The notes: generated by a model from the letters alone, not told the origin. Positions 47,093 to 58,909 are shown, counted from the stretch's first letter. The stretch: 64,000 bases of DNA from Candidatus Vogelbacteria bacterium (GCA_903878275.1 CAIRHC010000011.1:19116-83115), one strand, 5' to 3'. Translations and numbers: made by a program.

Positions 47093-47545
47093 TTAAGCAG
47101 CGCTCTTCTTGGGCAAAAGTGCCCGAACGTCTTCCCGGACGACCGGGTTGATTACTAGAAGCTGATTGCGAACTTTTTCCCAAAACTGCGGGGAAAGCGT
47201 CTGCCGACGCAATCGAATATTCGACATCGCGAAGCGAGCAACCTCCGGTCCAAGAGTCAAAAGGGTTAGAAGATCATCCTCCTCTATCTTTGGCAGTTTG
47301 CTCACCGTGAGTAAAAGTTGAATCTCGCCGAAGGATACTATCATCCGACGAATATCACCTTCGGATCGGCGCTTGCACTCTTTCCAAGCAAGTTCAATCG
47401 CTTCTTTTTGGTTGAGACACTTGGATAAGTGATACCCGTCAGGTATCCCATATCTTATCACCGCCACCAATTCTTCTAACGACGCCTTGGTGAAATCAAA
47501 ACATTTGGTTTTTTTCGCCTTGATTTCCGTACTTTTTTTCTTCAT
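47093..47545 (-). CDS. hypothetical protein (150 aa)
   Basis: ORF between rnhB and rpmF; no recognisable motif. Confidence 0.4.
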   Translation of the reverse strand: MKKKSTEIKAKKTKCFDFTKASLEELVAVIRYGIPDGYHLSKCLNQKEAIELAWKECKRRSEGDIRRMIVSFGEIQLLLTVSKLPKIEEDDLLTLLTLGPEVARFAMSNIRLRRQTLSPQFWEKVRNQLLVINPVVREDVRALLPKKSAA

Positions 47546-47607
47546 TGGAAAACTCCTTCCGTGAGTTTGCGCAACATAAACAGCACGATTTTTCCTTTAT
47601 TTTTATA

Positions 47608-48285
47608 CTATAATTTAAAAAATTTAGCAAGATAGGTTTGGCGGTGGATATCGCAAGCCCCTTTTTTCGATAGACCGACATAATGCGCTTTGGTGCCATA
47701 ACCTTTATTTTTCTCCCAACCATAATCTGGGTACTTTTTAGCGAGTTTAATCATCTCGCGATCACGCAAGACTTTTGCCACGATTGAAGCCAACGAAATA
47801 ACCAATTCTTTTTCGTCACCTCTGATGATAGTTTGTTGGTTGGGGAAATTTTCGGGTGCTCGAAGACCACCGTCAAGCAAAACTAGGCACTCTTTTTCTG
47901 AAGACCCTTCTCGCCGACCACGAGGCTTAGCCTCGTGGTCGGCGAAATTCCCTAAACTTTTTTTTATCCCTAATTTTATCGCTGGATTTATCCCTTGCTT
48001 ATCAATAATTTTATGGCTGATTAAAGACGCGCCGAAAAATGCCCCGCATTTTTCGGCACGAGTTTTTATCTCCCCAAACCAAAAATCACGCTGTCTGGCC
48101 GACAATTTTTTTGAATCTCGCCCAATCGGATAATCCGCAAAAACTTTCTCGAGCTTTCCCGCCGACACGGGCCAAACAAAAATCCCCACCGAAACCGGTC
48201 CAGCCAGTGATCCCCGCCCCGCCTCATCAATGCCTATTAGATATTTATTTTTTTCTGTTATAATTCCTCTATGTCTTTTGTCCAT
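47608..48285 (-). CDS. rnhB: ribonuclease HII
   Basis: LIGIDEAGRGSLAGPVSVG (the DEAGRG catalytic motif); the start was trimmed to the Met of MDKRHRG because the long ORF-track N-terminus overlaps dnaE and lacks homology. Confidence 0.85.
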   Translation of the reverse strand: MDKRHRGIITEKNKYLIGIDEAGRGSLAGPVSVGIFVWPVSAGKLEKVFADYPIGRDSKKLSARQRDFWFGEIKTRAEKCGAFFGASLISHKIIDKQGINPAIKLGIKKSLGNFADHEAKPRGRREGSSEKECLVLLDGGLRAPENFPNQQTIIRGDEKELVISLASIVAKVLRDREMIKLAKKYPDYGWEKNKGYGTKAHYVGLSKKGACDIHRQTYLAKFFKL

Positions 48286-51200
48286 CTTCATAATCACACA
48301 CATTATAGTCTGCTTGACGGTCTGATCAAAATCCCCCAACTCGTCAAAAAAGCGAAAGAATACGGAATGCCCGCCCTCGCCATCACCGACCATGGCAATA
48401 TGTACGGCGCCATTCAATTTTATAAAAAATGCCTCGATGCCGACATCAAACCAATCATCGGAATGGAAGCCTATGTCGCCGTCCGCAGTCGTTTCAACAA
48501 AGAACCGCATCTCGATGCCAAACGTTATCACCTCACGCTTCTAGCAAAAAATAATACCGGCTATCGCAACTTAATTAAAATTACCACCAAAGCCAACCTC
48601 GAAGGTTATTATTACAAACCCCGCATTGACCGCGAATTATTAGAAGAATACCACGAAGGAATTATTTGTTTGTCTGGTTGTATGGGCGGAGAATTGTCGC
48701 GTCTGCTTTTAAACAACGACGAAGCCGGCGCCGAAAAACTTGTCAGTGATTATCAAAAAATTTTTGGCGCGGAAAATTATTTCATCGAAATAATGCATCA
48801 TCCAAAAATTGAACGCCAAGCCGAACTAACAAAAAATACCATCAAGCTCGCGAAAAAATTAAATGTTCCGCTCGTCGCCACTCAAGACACACACTATTTA
48901 AACAAAGACGACGCTCGCGCCCACCACACATTACTTGCTATTCAAACCGGCAACGATGTCACCGAAGTAAAAGGTGTGACCAATATGGAAGAAGATTTTT
49001 CTTTCACTAGTCCCGAAGAAATGGCGGAATATTTTAAAGACACACCCGAAGCCATCACAAACACGCTCAAAGTCGCCGAGATGTGTGACATCACCTTAGA
49101 GCTTGGTCACTGGCATTTTCCCAAATACGATTTACCGGCTGGTATATCTTACGAAGACGAACTCCGCCGATTAGCCGAAGAAGGTCTAGCAAAATATCTC
49201 GAAACAAATCCGGATCGAAAAGATGAAGCACGAAAAAGAGTCGATTATGAACTCGAAGTCATCGTCAAAAAAGGTTATAGCCCGTATTTTTTGGTCGTGT
49301 CCGACTTACTTCATTACGCCAGAAGCATTGGCATTTTCACCAACACTCGAGGTTCCGCCGCCGGTTCTTTTGTCTCGTTTATTATTGGCATCACGACAGT
49401 CGATCCACTTTATTACGAATTGCCGTTTGAACGATTTTTAAATGCCGATCGTCCTTCACCGCCCGATATTGATATGGATTATGCCGACAAACGCCGTGAC
49501 GAAATTATTGAATACGCCCGCAAAAAATATGGCGACAACAACGTCGCGCAGATTGGAACTTTTGGTTCGATGATGGCACGCGGGGCGGTGCTTGACGTCG
49601 CTCGCGCGCTCGGTTTTCCGTATGTGCTCGGCGATCAGATTTCTAAATTGATTCCGATGGGCGCTCAAGGTTTTCCGATGACCATCAACCGCGCGATGGA
49701 AATGGTGCCAGAGTTGAAAAAAATGTACGACGACGGAGAAGATCCAAGGGTCAAAGAAATTATTGATCTCGCCAAAAAAATTGAAGGTTGCGCCCGACAC
49801 ATTTCTGTCCACGCTGCAGGTGTCGTCATTTCTCCGACCGACATCACCGATTTTACGCCAGTGCAATTTGATCCCAAAGGTGGCAAGACCATTACCCAAT
49901 TTGAAATGCACGCTGTCGAAGATGCCGGCTTATTAAAATACGACTTCCTCGGTATTCGCAACCTTTCCATTTTGGAAGATGCGGTAAAAATTGTCCGCAA
50001 AGTTTATGGTGTGACCGTTGATATCGAAAAAATCCCGCTCGACGATCCGAAAACTTTTGCGATGTTAGCACGAGGCGAAACGATCGGACTCTTTCAACTA
50101 AATGGTGCCGGTATGACGCGCTGGCTCAAAGAACTCAAGCCGACCACCATTTTCGATATCAACGCGATGGTCGCTCTTTATCGTCCCGGACCAATGGAAG
50201 CGATTCCGGAATACATCAAACGCAAACACGAGCCACGCTTAGTAAAATTTCTTGATCCCCGACTTGAACCAATACTGAAACACTCTTTCGGCGTGCTGAC
50301 CTATCAAGATGACGTAATGTTGATCGCGATTCATCTCGCTGGTTACACTTGGACCGAAGCGGATAAATTGCGAAAAGCGATGGGTAAAAAAATTCCCACC
50401 GAAATGCAAGCGCAAAAAGATAAGTTGCTAAAAGGTTTGGTGCTCGGCGGACTTAATGAGAAAAAAGCGCTCGAGCTTTGGTCGCAAATTGAGCCATTCG
50501 CCGCTTACGGCTTCAACAAAGCGCACGCCGCTAGTTATGGTCGGGTCGCTTATCAGACTTCATATTTGAAAGCCAATTATCCGTCCGAATATATGACTGC
50601 CGTTTTATCTGCCGAATCGGGTGACACCGAAAAAATTGCTGAAGTCATTCAGGAATGTAAAAGAATTGATCTGCCGGTCTTGCCACCAGACATCAACGAA
50701 AGCTTTGGCGATTTTTCGGTCATCAAAGGTTTGGGTCATACCGATTTAAGTGAAGAAGCCCACAAAATGTCCCAAAAAAATACCGACGGAAAAGATCGCA
50801 TTCGTTTTGGTCTTTATACGATAAAAAATCTCGGCACCGAAATTGCGGATTATATTGTCGATGAACGAAAAGCCAATGGAATTTATTTAAATCTGGTTGA
50901 TTTTCTCACGCGAATAAAACACAAAAACTTAAATAAAAAATCACTCGAATCGCTGGTCAAAGCCGGCGCTCTCGACAGCCTCGGCGAAGACCGCGGGAAA
51001 TTAATTTTCAACACCGAAGAAATGCTCGCTTTCAATCGTCAAGAATTAAACGCCAACACTAACCAGAGTTCCCTTTTTGGTCTGATGACCGAAGCCCCGG
51101 TTTTGGCAAGTCTAAAATTAAAAGATGGTCCAGCCATCGAACCGCTGGTCAAACTAGCGTGGGAAAAAGAATTACTCGGTCTTTATGTCTCTGGTCACCC

Positions 51201-51516
51201 GCTCGACAATCATCGCGAAAAATTTGAGAAAGAACAAAACACTATAAAATACCAGCGCGGGTTGCAAGAAGGTGGTCTCGCCGTCTCCGGCGGAATTATC
51301 AGCGAAGTCAAAATAATTATCACCAAGAAAAATACTCAAATGGCATTTTTGAAATTATTTGATTTTACCGACAGCATCGAATGCGTGGTCTTTTCCGAAA
51401 CCTACGAAAAATACAAAAATATTTTAGTGGTGGATAAATGTGTTGCCGTCAAAGGCAAAATAAGTCACAGAAATGGTGAGCCGAGTATTATTGTGGAGGG
51501 GGTTAAGGAACTTTAG
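48271..51516 (+). CDS. dnaE: DNA polymerase III alpha subunit
   Basis: N-terminal PHP domain (FVHLHNHTHYSLLDG), the polymerase core and a C-terminal OB fold; 1081 aa. Confidence 0.95.
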   Translation: MSFVHLHNHTHYSLLDGLIKIPQLVKKAKEYGMPALAITDHGNMYGAIQFYKKCLDADIKPIIGMEAYVAVRSRFNKEPHLDAKRYHLTLLAKNNTGYRNLIKITTKANLEGYYYKPRIDRELLEEYHEGIICLSGCMGGELSRLLLNNDEAGAEKLVSDYQKIFGAENYFIEIMHHPKIERQAELTKNTIKLAKKLNVPLVATQDTHYLNKDDARAHHTLLAIQTGNDVTEVKGVTNMEEDFSFTSPEEMAEYFKDTPEAITNTLKVAEMCDITLELGHWHFPKYDLPAGISYEDELRRLAEEGLAKYLETNPDRKDEARKRVDYELEVIVKKGYSPYFLVVSDLLHYARSIGIFTNTRGSAAGSFVSFIIGITTVDPLYYELPFERFLNADRPSPPDIDMDYADKRRDEIIEYARKKYGDNNVAQIGTFGSMMARGAVLDVARALGFPYVLGDQISKLIPMGAQGFPMTINRAMEMVPELKKMYDDGEDPRVKEIIDLAKKIEGCARHISVHAAGVVISPTDITDFTPVQFDPKGGKTITQFEMHAVEDAGLLKYDFLGIRNLSILEDAVKIVRKVYGVTVDIEKIPLDDPKTFAMLARGETIGLFQLNGAGMTRWLKELKPTTIFDINAMVALYRPGPMEAIPEYIKRKHEPRLVKFLDPRLEPILKHSFGVLTYQDDVMLIAIHLAGYTWTEADKLRKAMGKKIPTEMQAQKDKLLKGLVLGGLNEKKALELWSQIEPFAAYGFNKAHAASYGRVAYQTSYLKANYPSEYMTAVLSAESGDTEKIAEVIQECKRIDLPVLPPDINESFGDFSVIKGLGHTDLSEEAHKMSQKNTDGKDRIRFGLYTIKNLGTEIADYIVDERKANGIYLNLVDFLTRIKHKNLNKKSLESLVKAGALDSLGEDRGKLIFNTEEMLAFNRQELNANTNQSSLFGLMTEAPVLASLKLKDGPAIEPLVKLAWEKELLGLYVSGHPLDNHREKFEKEQNTIKYQRGLQEGGLAVSGGIISEVKIIITKKNTQMAFLKLFDFTDSIECVVFSETYEKYKNILVVDKCVAVKGKISHRNGEPSIIVEGVKEL

Positions 51517-51576
51517 GAATTAATTGGGAGAGAAACTATCTAGAATTTCTTTAAAATAATTTAGGGTAGCGTTTTT

Positions 51577-53328
51577 TTATAGAACCTCGAAAGTCAAGTT
51601 TGTGTTTATCAATGGATTATTATCAGAATTTGACAAAATAGATATCCCACTCATTTTATATTTTCCTGGTGTAGTTCTTATCGCAATATTAAAACTAAAT
51701 TCTTGTTCAGCTCCTGGTAAAATTGTCATATATTCATAAAGTGAGGAATGCAACCAAATAAAATCTTCAGGGTGGAATGCGTAAGATCTAGGTATTGCAT
51801 TAACAACTAAAGGAGCCGTACCGATATTTTTTATTTTGAAATTTATGCTTGATTGATAGCCACTATTTATCTTTCCGAGATCAAAATTAGTTTTACTTAC
51901 TTGAATATTACTAGAGCTCGGAGTAACCAAATATCTAAGTTTAAGAGTTGGATCGCCAATCCATGTATTATAAAGAGATATTTTATTTCGCATTGCTTCA
52001 GCAAAATTAACACCCCTAGACAACAAGAACATATATTTAGAATCTTCTTCGTTGTAATTAAAATTTGCTACGACCGCAGTATCAGCCAAAGCCAGTAAAC
52101 CATCACCATCCGAAAAAACATAAGAAGCTGCCATATAATCAGCCTGATCAAATTGACCCAAAAGACACGATTCAAGTTGGTAAAACAGAGCTTTGGGCTT
52201 CATATCAAAGATACTATTGCTCGTGATATTATATTCATGTAAATTGCTTGATCCATGGTTATTTAATCTTACCCATTCATATTTTTTAGACAACTCGGTA
52301 AGATACCGAGAATCAATTTCTAAAGGATTAGTGTCAGATTTAGCTATTAATAACGAAGAGTTTGATAACGAGTAAAGAGTCCCAGGAAATACCCCCTTAT
52401 TCATTTCATCGTTAATATAATTATCAATTTGAGAGTCATCTAACTCACTACCTTTTGCTACGGTATTATAGTAAAGAAACTTTTTATCGTAAGTCAATTG
52501 ACCCGTACGATATCTATGATTTTTATCAAAATATTTTATCAAGGCAGTAATTTGATCAGTCTTGTTGTTAGGTTTTATTCTTGCAACCCAAGTTTTTTCA
52601 TACCAACTTGGACCAAATGCGCATGTTTCAAAGTCATAAAAACCATACTGATTATTATAAAGACAATTATTATCAATGTCCGCATAAAAATAATCAGATA
52701 TAAATTTGAGTCCAGGATCCCCAGCTCTAGCAAATTCAACATAAGGAAGATCTCCTATCAAAAAAATCCCATATAATCCATCTTTATACTCCGAAATTTT
52801 ATTCTTAATTACTGAAGGAGAACCCCATTCTCCACTCAACAAAGTTACATTGCCACCAGTATCTTTTTTTAGATCGTTGATAAAGGTACCGATACTGTTT
52901 TTTATAGAATTATACAATGCACTATCGACAAATATGAGCGTGTTTTTACGAACACAGACCCCACCACCACACAATATCGGGGCAAAACCATCTGAAGTAC
53001 TCGGATCAACTTTGTAGCCACCGGCGTTGTAAAATGTGACCACACGAGAAAGTTGAGTTAAACTTATCTTTTTTGTATCGTAAAAATTTGTTTTATAGGC
53101 ATTTAATTCGGCTAATTCTATTTTATAATTTTTGTCAGTATCAGCTGGATGATAAACAGGATTTGAAACAACAACAATAGCACCGAGTGTTTTTCCTTTT
53201 AATTGTTCGACGATAACCGAAAGTCTATTTATGATAGAGGTTAGACCATCTAAGGTACTAGCTTTTGAAACTTGTGGCAAAACCAAAAGACCTAAGACAA
53301 AAATTGCGATAACTAAATATTTTTTCAT
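51577..53328 (-). CDS. large hypothetical secreted protein (583 aa)
   Basis: Signal peptide MKKYLVIAIFVLGLLVLPQVSKA; no recognisable catalytic motif. Confidence 0.45.
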   Translation of the reverse strand: MKKYLVIAIFVLGLLVLPQVSKASTLDGLTSIINRLSVIVEQLKGKTLGAIVVVSNPVYHPADTDKNYKIELAELNAYKTNFYDTKKISLTQLSRVVTFYNAGGYKVDPSTSDGFAPILCGGGVCVRKNTLIFVDSALYNSIKNSIGTFINDLKKDTGGNVTLLSGEWGSPSVIKNKISEYKDGLYGIFLIGDLPYVEFARAGDPGLKFISDYFYADIDNNCLYNNQYGFYDFETCAFGPSWYEKTWVARIKPNNKTDQITALIKYFDKNHRYRTGQLTYDKKFLYYNTVAKGSELDDSQIDNYINDEMNKGVFPGTLYSLSNSSLLIAKSDTNPLEIDSRYLTELSKKYEWVRLNNHGSSNLHEYNITSNSIFDMKPKALFYQLESCLLGQFDQADYMAASYVFSDGDGLLALADTAVVANFNYNEEDSKYMFLLSRGVNFAEAMRNKISLYNTWIGDPTLKLRYLVTPSSSNIQVSKTNFDLGKINSGYQSSINFKIKNIGTAPLVVNAIPRSYAFHPEDFIWLHSSLYEYMTILPGAEQEFSFNIAIRTTPGKYKMSGISILSNSDNNPLINTNLTFEVL

Positions 53329-53370
53329 AAAAATTTTAGAAGATTATTAATGTTTTAATTTTAACATCGA

Positions 53371-53399
53371 TTGACTTTTTTATCTATAAAATTTAAGAT
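53371..53399 (+). promoter_or_regulatory. candidate sigma-70 promoter TTGACT-17-TAAGAT
   Basis: Seen directly in the divergent intergenic region; it would drive transcription toward the hairpin at 53578 and the mazF-like gene. Confidence 0.3.
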
Positions 53400-53540
53400 G
53401 TAGTCAAGATTGAAGATTGCTGTGGTTACCAAACACAGTCCTCATCGGATCAGCTTGCTGACTAATTCGATCAAGAAATAAGACGTCCGCCCACGCTAAA
53501 GCTTCGGCGAGATGAAAAAGTCGGGTGGACCCGCGGAGAT

Positions 53541-53558
53541 TTACCTGCCTCTGGCAGG
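53541..53558. repeat. variant copy (ttacctgcct-ctg-gcagg) of the palindromic unit found inside gyrB
   Basis: It shares ttacctgcct and the ggcagg arm with the gyrB copies. Confidence 0.4.
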
Positions 53559-53577
53559 ATTGAATAAAATCAATTTA

Positions 53578-53621
53578 CCGCCCCGACAAAATGCGCTAGC
53601 GCATTTTGTCGGGGCGGTTTT
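53578..53621 (+). terminator. very strong intrinsic terminator-like hairpin (19-bp perfect stem ccgccccgacaaaatgcgc/gcgcattttgtcggggcgg, 2-nt loop, UUUU) 45 nt upstream of the mazF-like start
   Basis: Seen directly. Confidence 0.6.
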
Positions 53622-53665
53622 GCTTACAGCTAAAACATTTAAAAAATGTTCGCCCAAGAAAAAAA

Positions 53666-54076
53666 ATGGAAAAAGATTATCAAAACTGGAATCAAATTAA
53701 AATCAATCTAAATAAAGAACCGGATGAAACTCGGCTGTTTTTTCATGAAAGAGAAATTTGGTATTGTCACTTAGGTAAAAATGTTGGTTTTGAGCAAGAC
53801 GGCAAAGGAAGTGATTTTTTAAGACCGATTATTGTTTACCGAAAATTTAATAATGAAATTTTCTGGGGAATACCTTTGACTAAAGCTACCAAACAAAACA
53901 AAGGGAAAAGCGAAAGATACTATTTCAGTTTCTCTTTTTTGCCAAATATTACGAGCTTAGCGATATTATCGCAAATTCGCTTAATTGACAACAAGAGATT
54001 AGCTCGGCATATGGGAGCGATCGAAGAAAAAGATTTTGAAGAATTAAACAAAAAATTCAAGGACTTATTGCCTTGA
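53666..54076 (+). CDS. MazF/PemK-family endoribonuclease toxin (no adjacent antitoxin ORF)
   Basis: REIWYCHLGKNVGFEQDGKGSDFLRPIIVY...GIPLT...SQIRLIDNKRL aligns by eye with the MazF core (IW..F.P..G.EQ.G.RP..V...P.T...Q...ID..RL); the start was taken at the internal Met of MEKDYQNW. Confidence 0.7.
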   Translation: MEKDYQNWNQIKINLNKEPDETRLFFHEREIWYCHLGKNVGFEQDGKGSDFLRPIIVYRKFNNEIFWGIPLTKATKQNKGKSERYYFSFSFLPNITSLAILSQIRLIDNKRLARHMGAIEEKDFEELNKKFKDLLP

Positions 54077-54194
54077 ATTTTTTGTTTTTATCCTCTACCT
54101 TTCGGTAGAGTCGGGCCGAAGCCATTTAGACCTAAAGTATACACCCAATTATTAGAAAGTCAAGTAAAAAAATTATTAAATAACAAATAAACTT

Positions 54195-55958
54195 ATGGAA
54201 AACATCGAAAAAATTCGTCACTCACTCGCCCATTTGCTCGCAATGGCGGTCAAAAATAAATATTCGGATGCCAAACTTGGAATCGGACCAACCATCGACA
54301 ATGGTTTTTATTACGATTTTGATTTTGGCACAGTCACGCCAGACGAAGCGTCACTTTTGGAATTAGAAAAAGATATGAAAGCTTTGGTCAGTCAAAATAT
54401 TACTTTTTCACGCGAAGAAATTTCTGCCGAGCAAGCCCGCGAACTTTTTGCCAGTGAACCTTACAAGCTAGAATTAATCGAAGAACTAGCCGAAAAAGGC
54501 GAGAAAATTTCTATTTATCGTTCTGGCGACCCGTCTTCTAACGATAGCCGGGTAACCTTTACTGACTTATGCGCCGGTCCGCATATCGAAAACACCAAGG
54601 AAATCGCGCGCGACGCTTTTCATATTACGCACATCGCCGGTGCCTATTGGAAAGGCAGTGAAAAAAATAAAATGCTCACCCGCATTTACGCGGTCGCTTT
54701 TGCCAACAAAAAAGATTTGGATGATTATATCGAGCAACAAGAAGAAGCTAAAAAAAGAGATCACCGAAAAATCGGCAAAGAATTAAAACTTTTTACTCTT
54801 TCTGAATTAGTCGGCGCTGGTCTGCCTTTGTTGCAACCAAACGGAATGATTATTCGCAAAGCCATCGAAGATTATTTATGGGAACTGCACAAAAATAAAG
54901 GTTACGACCGGGTCTGGACGCCGCACATCACCAAGAAAAATTTGTACGAGACATCTGGTCATGCCGCCAAATTCGGCGAGGAACTTTTCCGTGTTAAAGG
55001 TGGCGACGAAGAATTTTATATGAAACCAATGAATTGTCCGCATCATATGCAAATTTTTTCGGACAATCAATTTTCTTATCGCCAAATGCCCGTTCGTTAT
55101 TTCGAACCAGCCACCGTGTATCGCTATGAAAAAGCCGGGCAACTCGCCGGTCTCACCCGCGTCCGTGCCATCACTCAAGATGATGGTCACTTATTTTGTC
55201 GCGTCTCGCAAATCAATGAAGAGGTCAGTACGATTGTCGAAATAATTAAAAAATTCTACACGACAATGAATATGATGGAAGATTATTGGGTCAGATTGTC
55301 TGTCCGTGGCGAAGATAAAAGTCTGTATCTTGGTGGCGATGAAGTCTGGGATAAAGCGGAACAAGCTTTGGAGCAGGCGGCAAAAGAAAATAATTTGAAT
55401 TACAAACGTACCGAGGGCGAAGCCGCTTTTTATGGACCAAAACTGGACTTTATGTTTAAAGATGCCATCGGTCGGCAGTGGCAACTCGCCACCATCCAGT
55501 GTGATTTCAATTTACCGGAAAGATTTGATCTATCTTTTACCAATGAAAAAGGCGAGCAAGAACGACCGGTGGTAATTCATCGCGCCATTTCCGGCTCACT
55601 CGAAAGATTTATGGGTGTGGTCATCGAACATTACGCCGGCAATTTTCCGGTCTGGATGTCACCGATTCAGGTAAAAATTATTCCCGTTCGTAAAAATCAC
55701 AACGATTACGCCAAGAAAATTTCTGACGAATTAAAAGCGCTGGATATCCGCGTCGAATTTGACGACAGCGACGAAGGAATGGGCAAAAAAATCCGCGACG
55801 GTAAAGTGAATAAAGTGCCGTATATGATTGTCATCGGTGACAAAGAAAAGGAAGAACAAAATATCACCGTTGAAATTCGCGGAGCAGAAAAAGGGGCTAA
55901 ATTTAATCTACCAGATTTCATCACCAAAATTTCCGGAGAAATCAAAGAGAGAAAATAA
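54195..55958 (+). CDS. thrS: threonyl-tRNA synthetase (no N-terminal TGS domain)
   Basis: It starts directly in the editing domain (HSLAHLLAMAV); class II motifs and a C-terminal anticodon-binding domain follow; 587 aa. Confidence 0.9.
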   Translation: MENIEKIRHSLAHLLAMAVKNKYSDAKLGIGPTIDNGFYYDFDFGTVTPDEASLLELEKDMKALVSQNITFSREEISAEQARELFASEPYKLELIEELAEKGEKISIYRSGDPSSNDSRVTFTDLCAGPHIENTKEIARDAFHITHIAGAYWKGSEKNKMLTRIYAVAFANKKDLDDYIEQQEEAKKRDHRKIGKELKLFTLSELVGAGLPLLQPNGMIIRKAIEDYLWELHKNKGYDRVWTPHITKKNLYETSGHAAKFGEELFRVKGGDEEFYMKPMNCPHHMQIFSDNQFSYRQMPVRYFEPATVYRYEKAGQLAGLTRVRAITQDDGHLFCRVSQINEEVSTIVEIIKKFYTTMNMMEDYWVRLSVRGEDKSLYLGGDEVWDKAEQALEQAAKENNLNYKRTEGEAAFYGPKLDFMFKDAIGRQWQLATIQCDFNLPERFDLSFTNEKGEQERPVVIHRAISGSLERFMGVVIEHYAGNFPVWMSPIQVKIIPVRKNHNDYAKKISDELKALDIRVEFDDSDEGMGKKIRDGKVNKVPYMIVIGDKEKEEQNITVEIRGAEKGAKFNLPDFITKISGEIKERK

Positions 55959-55963
55959 AAAAT

Positions 55964-56260
55964 ATGGACAATAAAAATTTCTTTATATTTTTAGCTATTC
56001 TTATTATCCTAAATCTTGTTTTTTTCCTATCAAGAGTATCAAAAATACTACTAACCGGTTTAAAAACCGGACATATGGGCGTAGCAGGTTTCGGTTATAG
56101 CGTTTTTTATCCTAGTTATTCCGAAGGTTATCGTAAAAAAAGCCTTGTCAGTTATTATTTAAATTTACTATTAAACATAGTAATACTAATTGTTGGGTTA
56201 GCAACAAACATAATCATATTGTCAATTTGTTATTTTAGAATTTTTATCTTTGTCCCTTAA
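55964..56260 (+). CDS. hypothetical small membrane protein
   Basis: 98 aa with two or three hydrophobic segments. Confidence 0.35.
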   Translation: MDNKNFFIFLAILIILNLVFFLSRVSKILLTGLKTGHMGVAGFGYSVFYPSYSEGYRKKSLVSYYLNLLLNIVILIVGLATNIIILSICYFRIFIFVP

Positions 56261-56377
56261 AATATCTTAAACGATAAGATCTCCTTAATTTGACAAGGTA
56301 GATATTTTATGATACTCTATTTAAAGTAACTTTGCTCTTTCAAGTCAAACCCCGGCCACGCCGGAAGGAAGGTTTTC

Positions 56378-56713
56378 ATGAAAATAGCTTTTGTTTCGTT
56401 GGTGTTGGCAACAATCGCAGTAGTCATCGTTGCCGGTTGCCCGGTCACGGACTATTCCGATAGCCCTGACGCAGCACAACTATCTTGGCAAGAAAAGTAT
56501 TGCCAAATAGATCCCGCCCAACTGTCTGACGAACAGAAACAATCGGCAATCGACTTTGACGATTGCTACACCGGTTCCGAAGAAAACCTGAAATTCATTG
56601 GAAATTTCCCTTGGCTGGATGCCAATAATCTTTCCCCGAAAGACAAGGTATTTCTAGTCGAAACATCCCAGGAGTTGGTGCGGGCGATGTTCACGGCTGG
56701 TGGTGGACAATGA
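56378..56713 (+). CDS. hypothetical small secreted protein
   Basis: Signal peptide followed by a CPVTDYSD motif; 111 aa. Confidence 0.4.
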   Translation: MKIAFVSLVLATIAVVIVAGCPVTDYSDSPDAAQLSWQEKYCQIDPAQLSDEQKQSAIDFDDCYTGSEENLKFIGNFPWLDANNLSPKDKVFLVETSQELVRAMFTAGGGQ

Positions 56714-56728
56714 CCTTGCACAACCTTT

Positions 56729-56760
56729 ATCGCCGGCTTTTTTGATAAAAAGCCGGCGAT
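56729..56760. terminator. bidirectional intrinsic terminator (14-bp stem atcgccggcttttt/aaaaagccggcgat)
   Basis: Seen directly between the convergent 56378 gene and gyrB. Confidence 0.7.
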
Positions 56761-56818
56761 ATTATTTTTAATTAAACTAGATATTCGGATGTTTTGAACT
56801 GCAATACTCCGAATTTCT

Positions 56819-58909
<2,091 letters not shown>

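Noticed and set aside
47608-48531. The 307-aa ORF as a full-length RNase HII
   Set aside because: The first ~80 codons overlap dnaE on the opposite strand and have no RNase HII homology. The enzyme starts near the Met of MDKRHRG.
53330-53665. Type III toxin-antitoxin (ToxIN-like) arrangement: RNA repeats, terminator, then a toxin with a MazF-like fold
   Set aside because: The leader has no tandem repeats, only unrelated hairpins. The protein shows MazF/PemK sequence motifs, not ToxN motifs. It is kept only as an attenuator or small-RNA hypothesis.
53512-53700. The 62-aa ORF upstream of and overlapping the mazF-like gene, as a candidate antitoxin
   Set aside because: It spans the 19-bp palindromic terminator, so its sequence is dictated by the hairpin. 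It has no RHH or AbrB-like features and no ribosome-binding site. It is unlikely to be coding.
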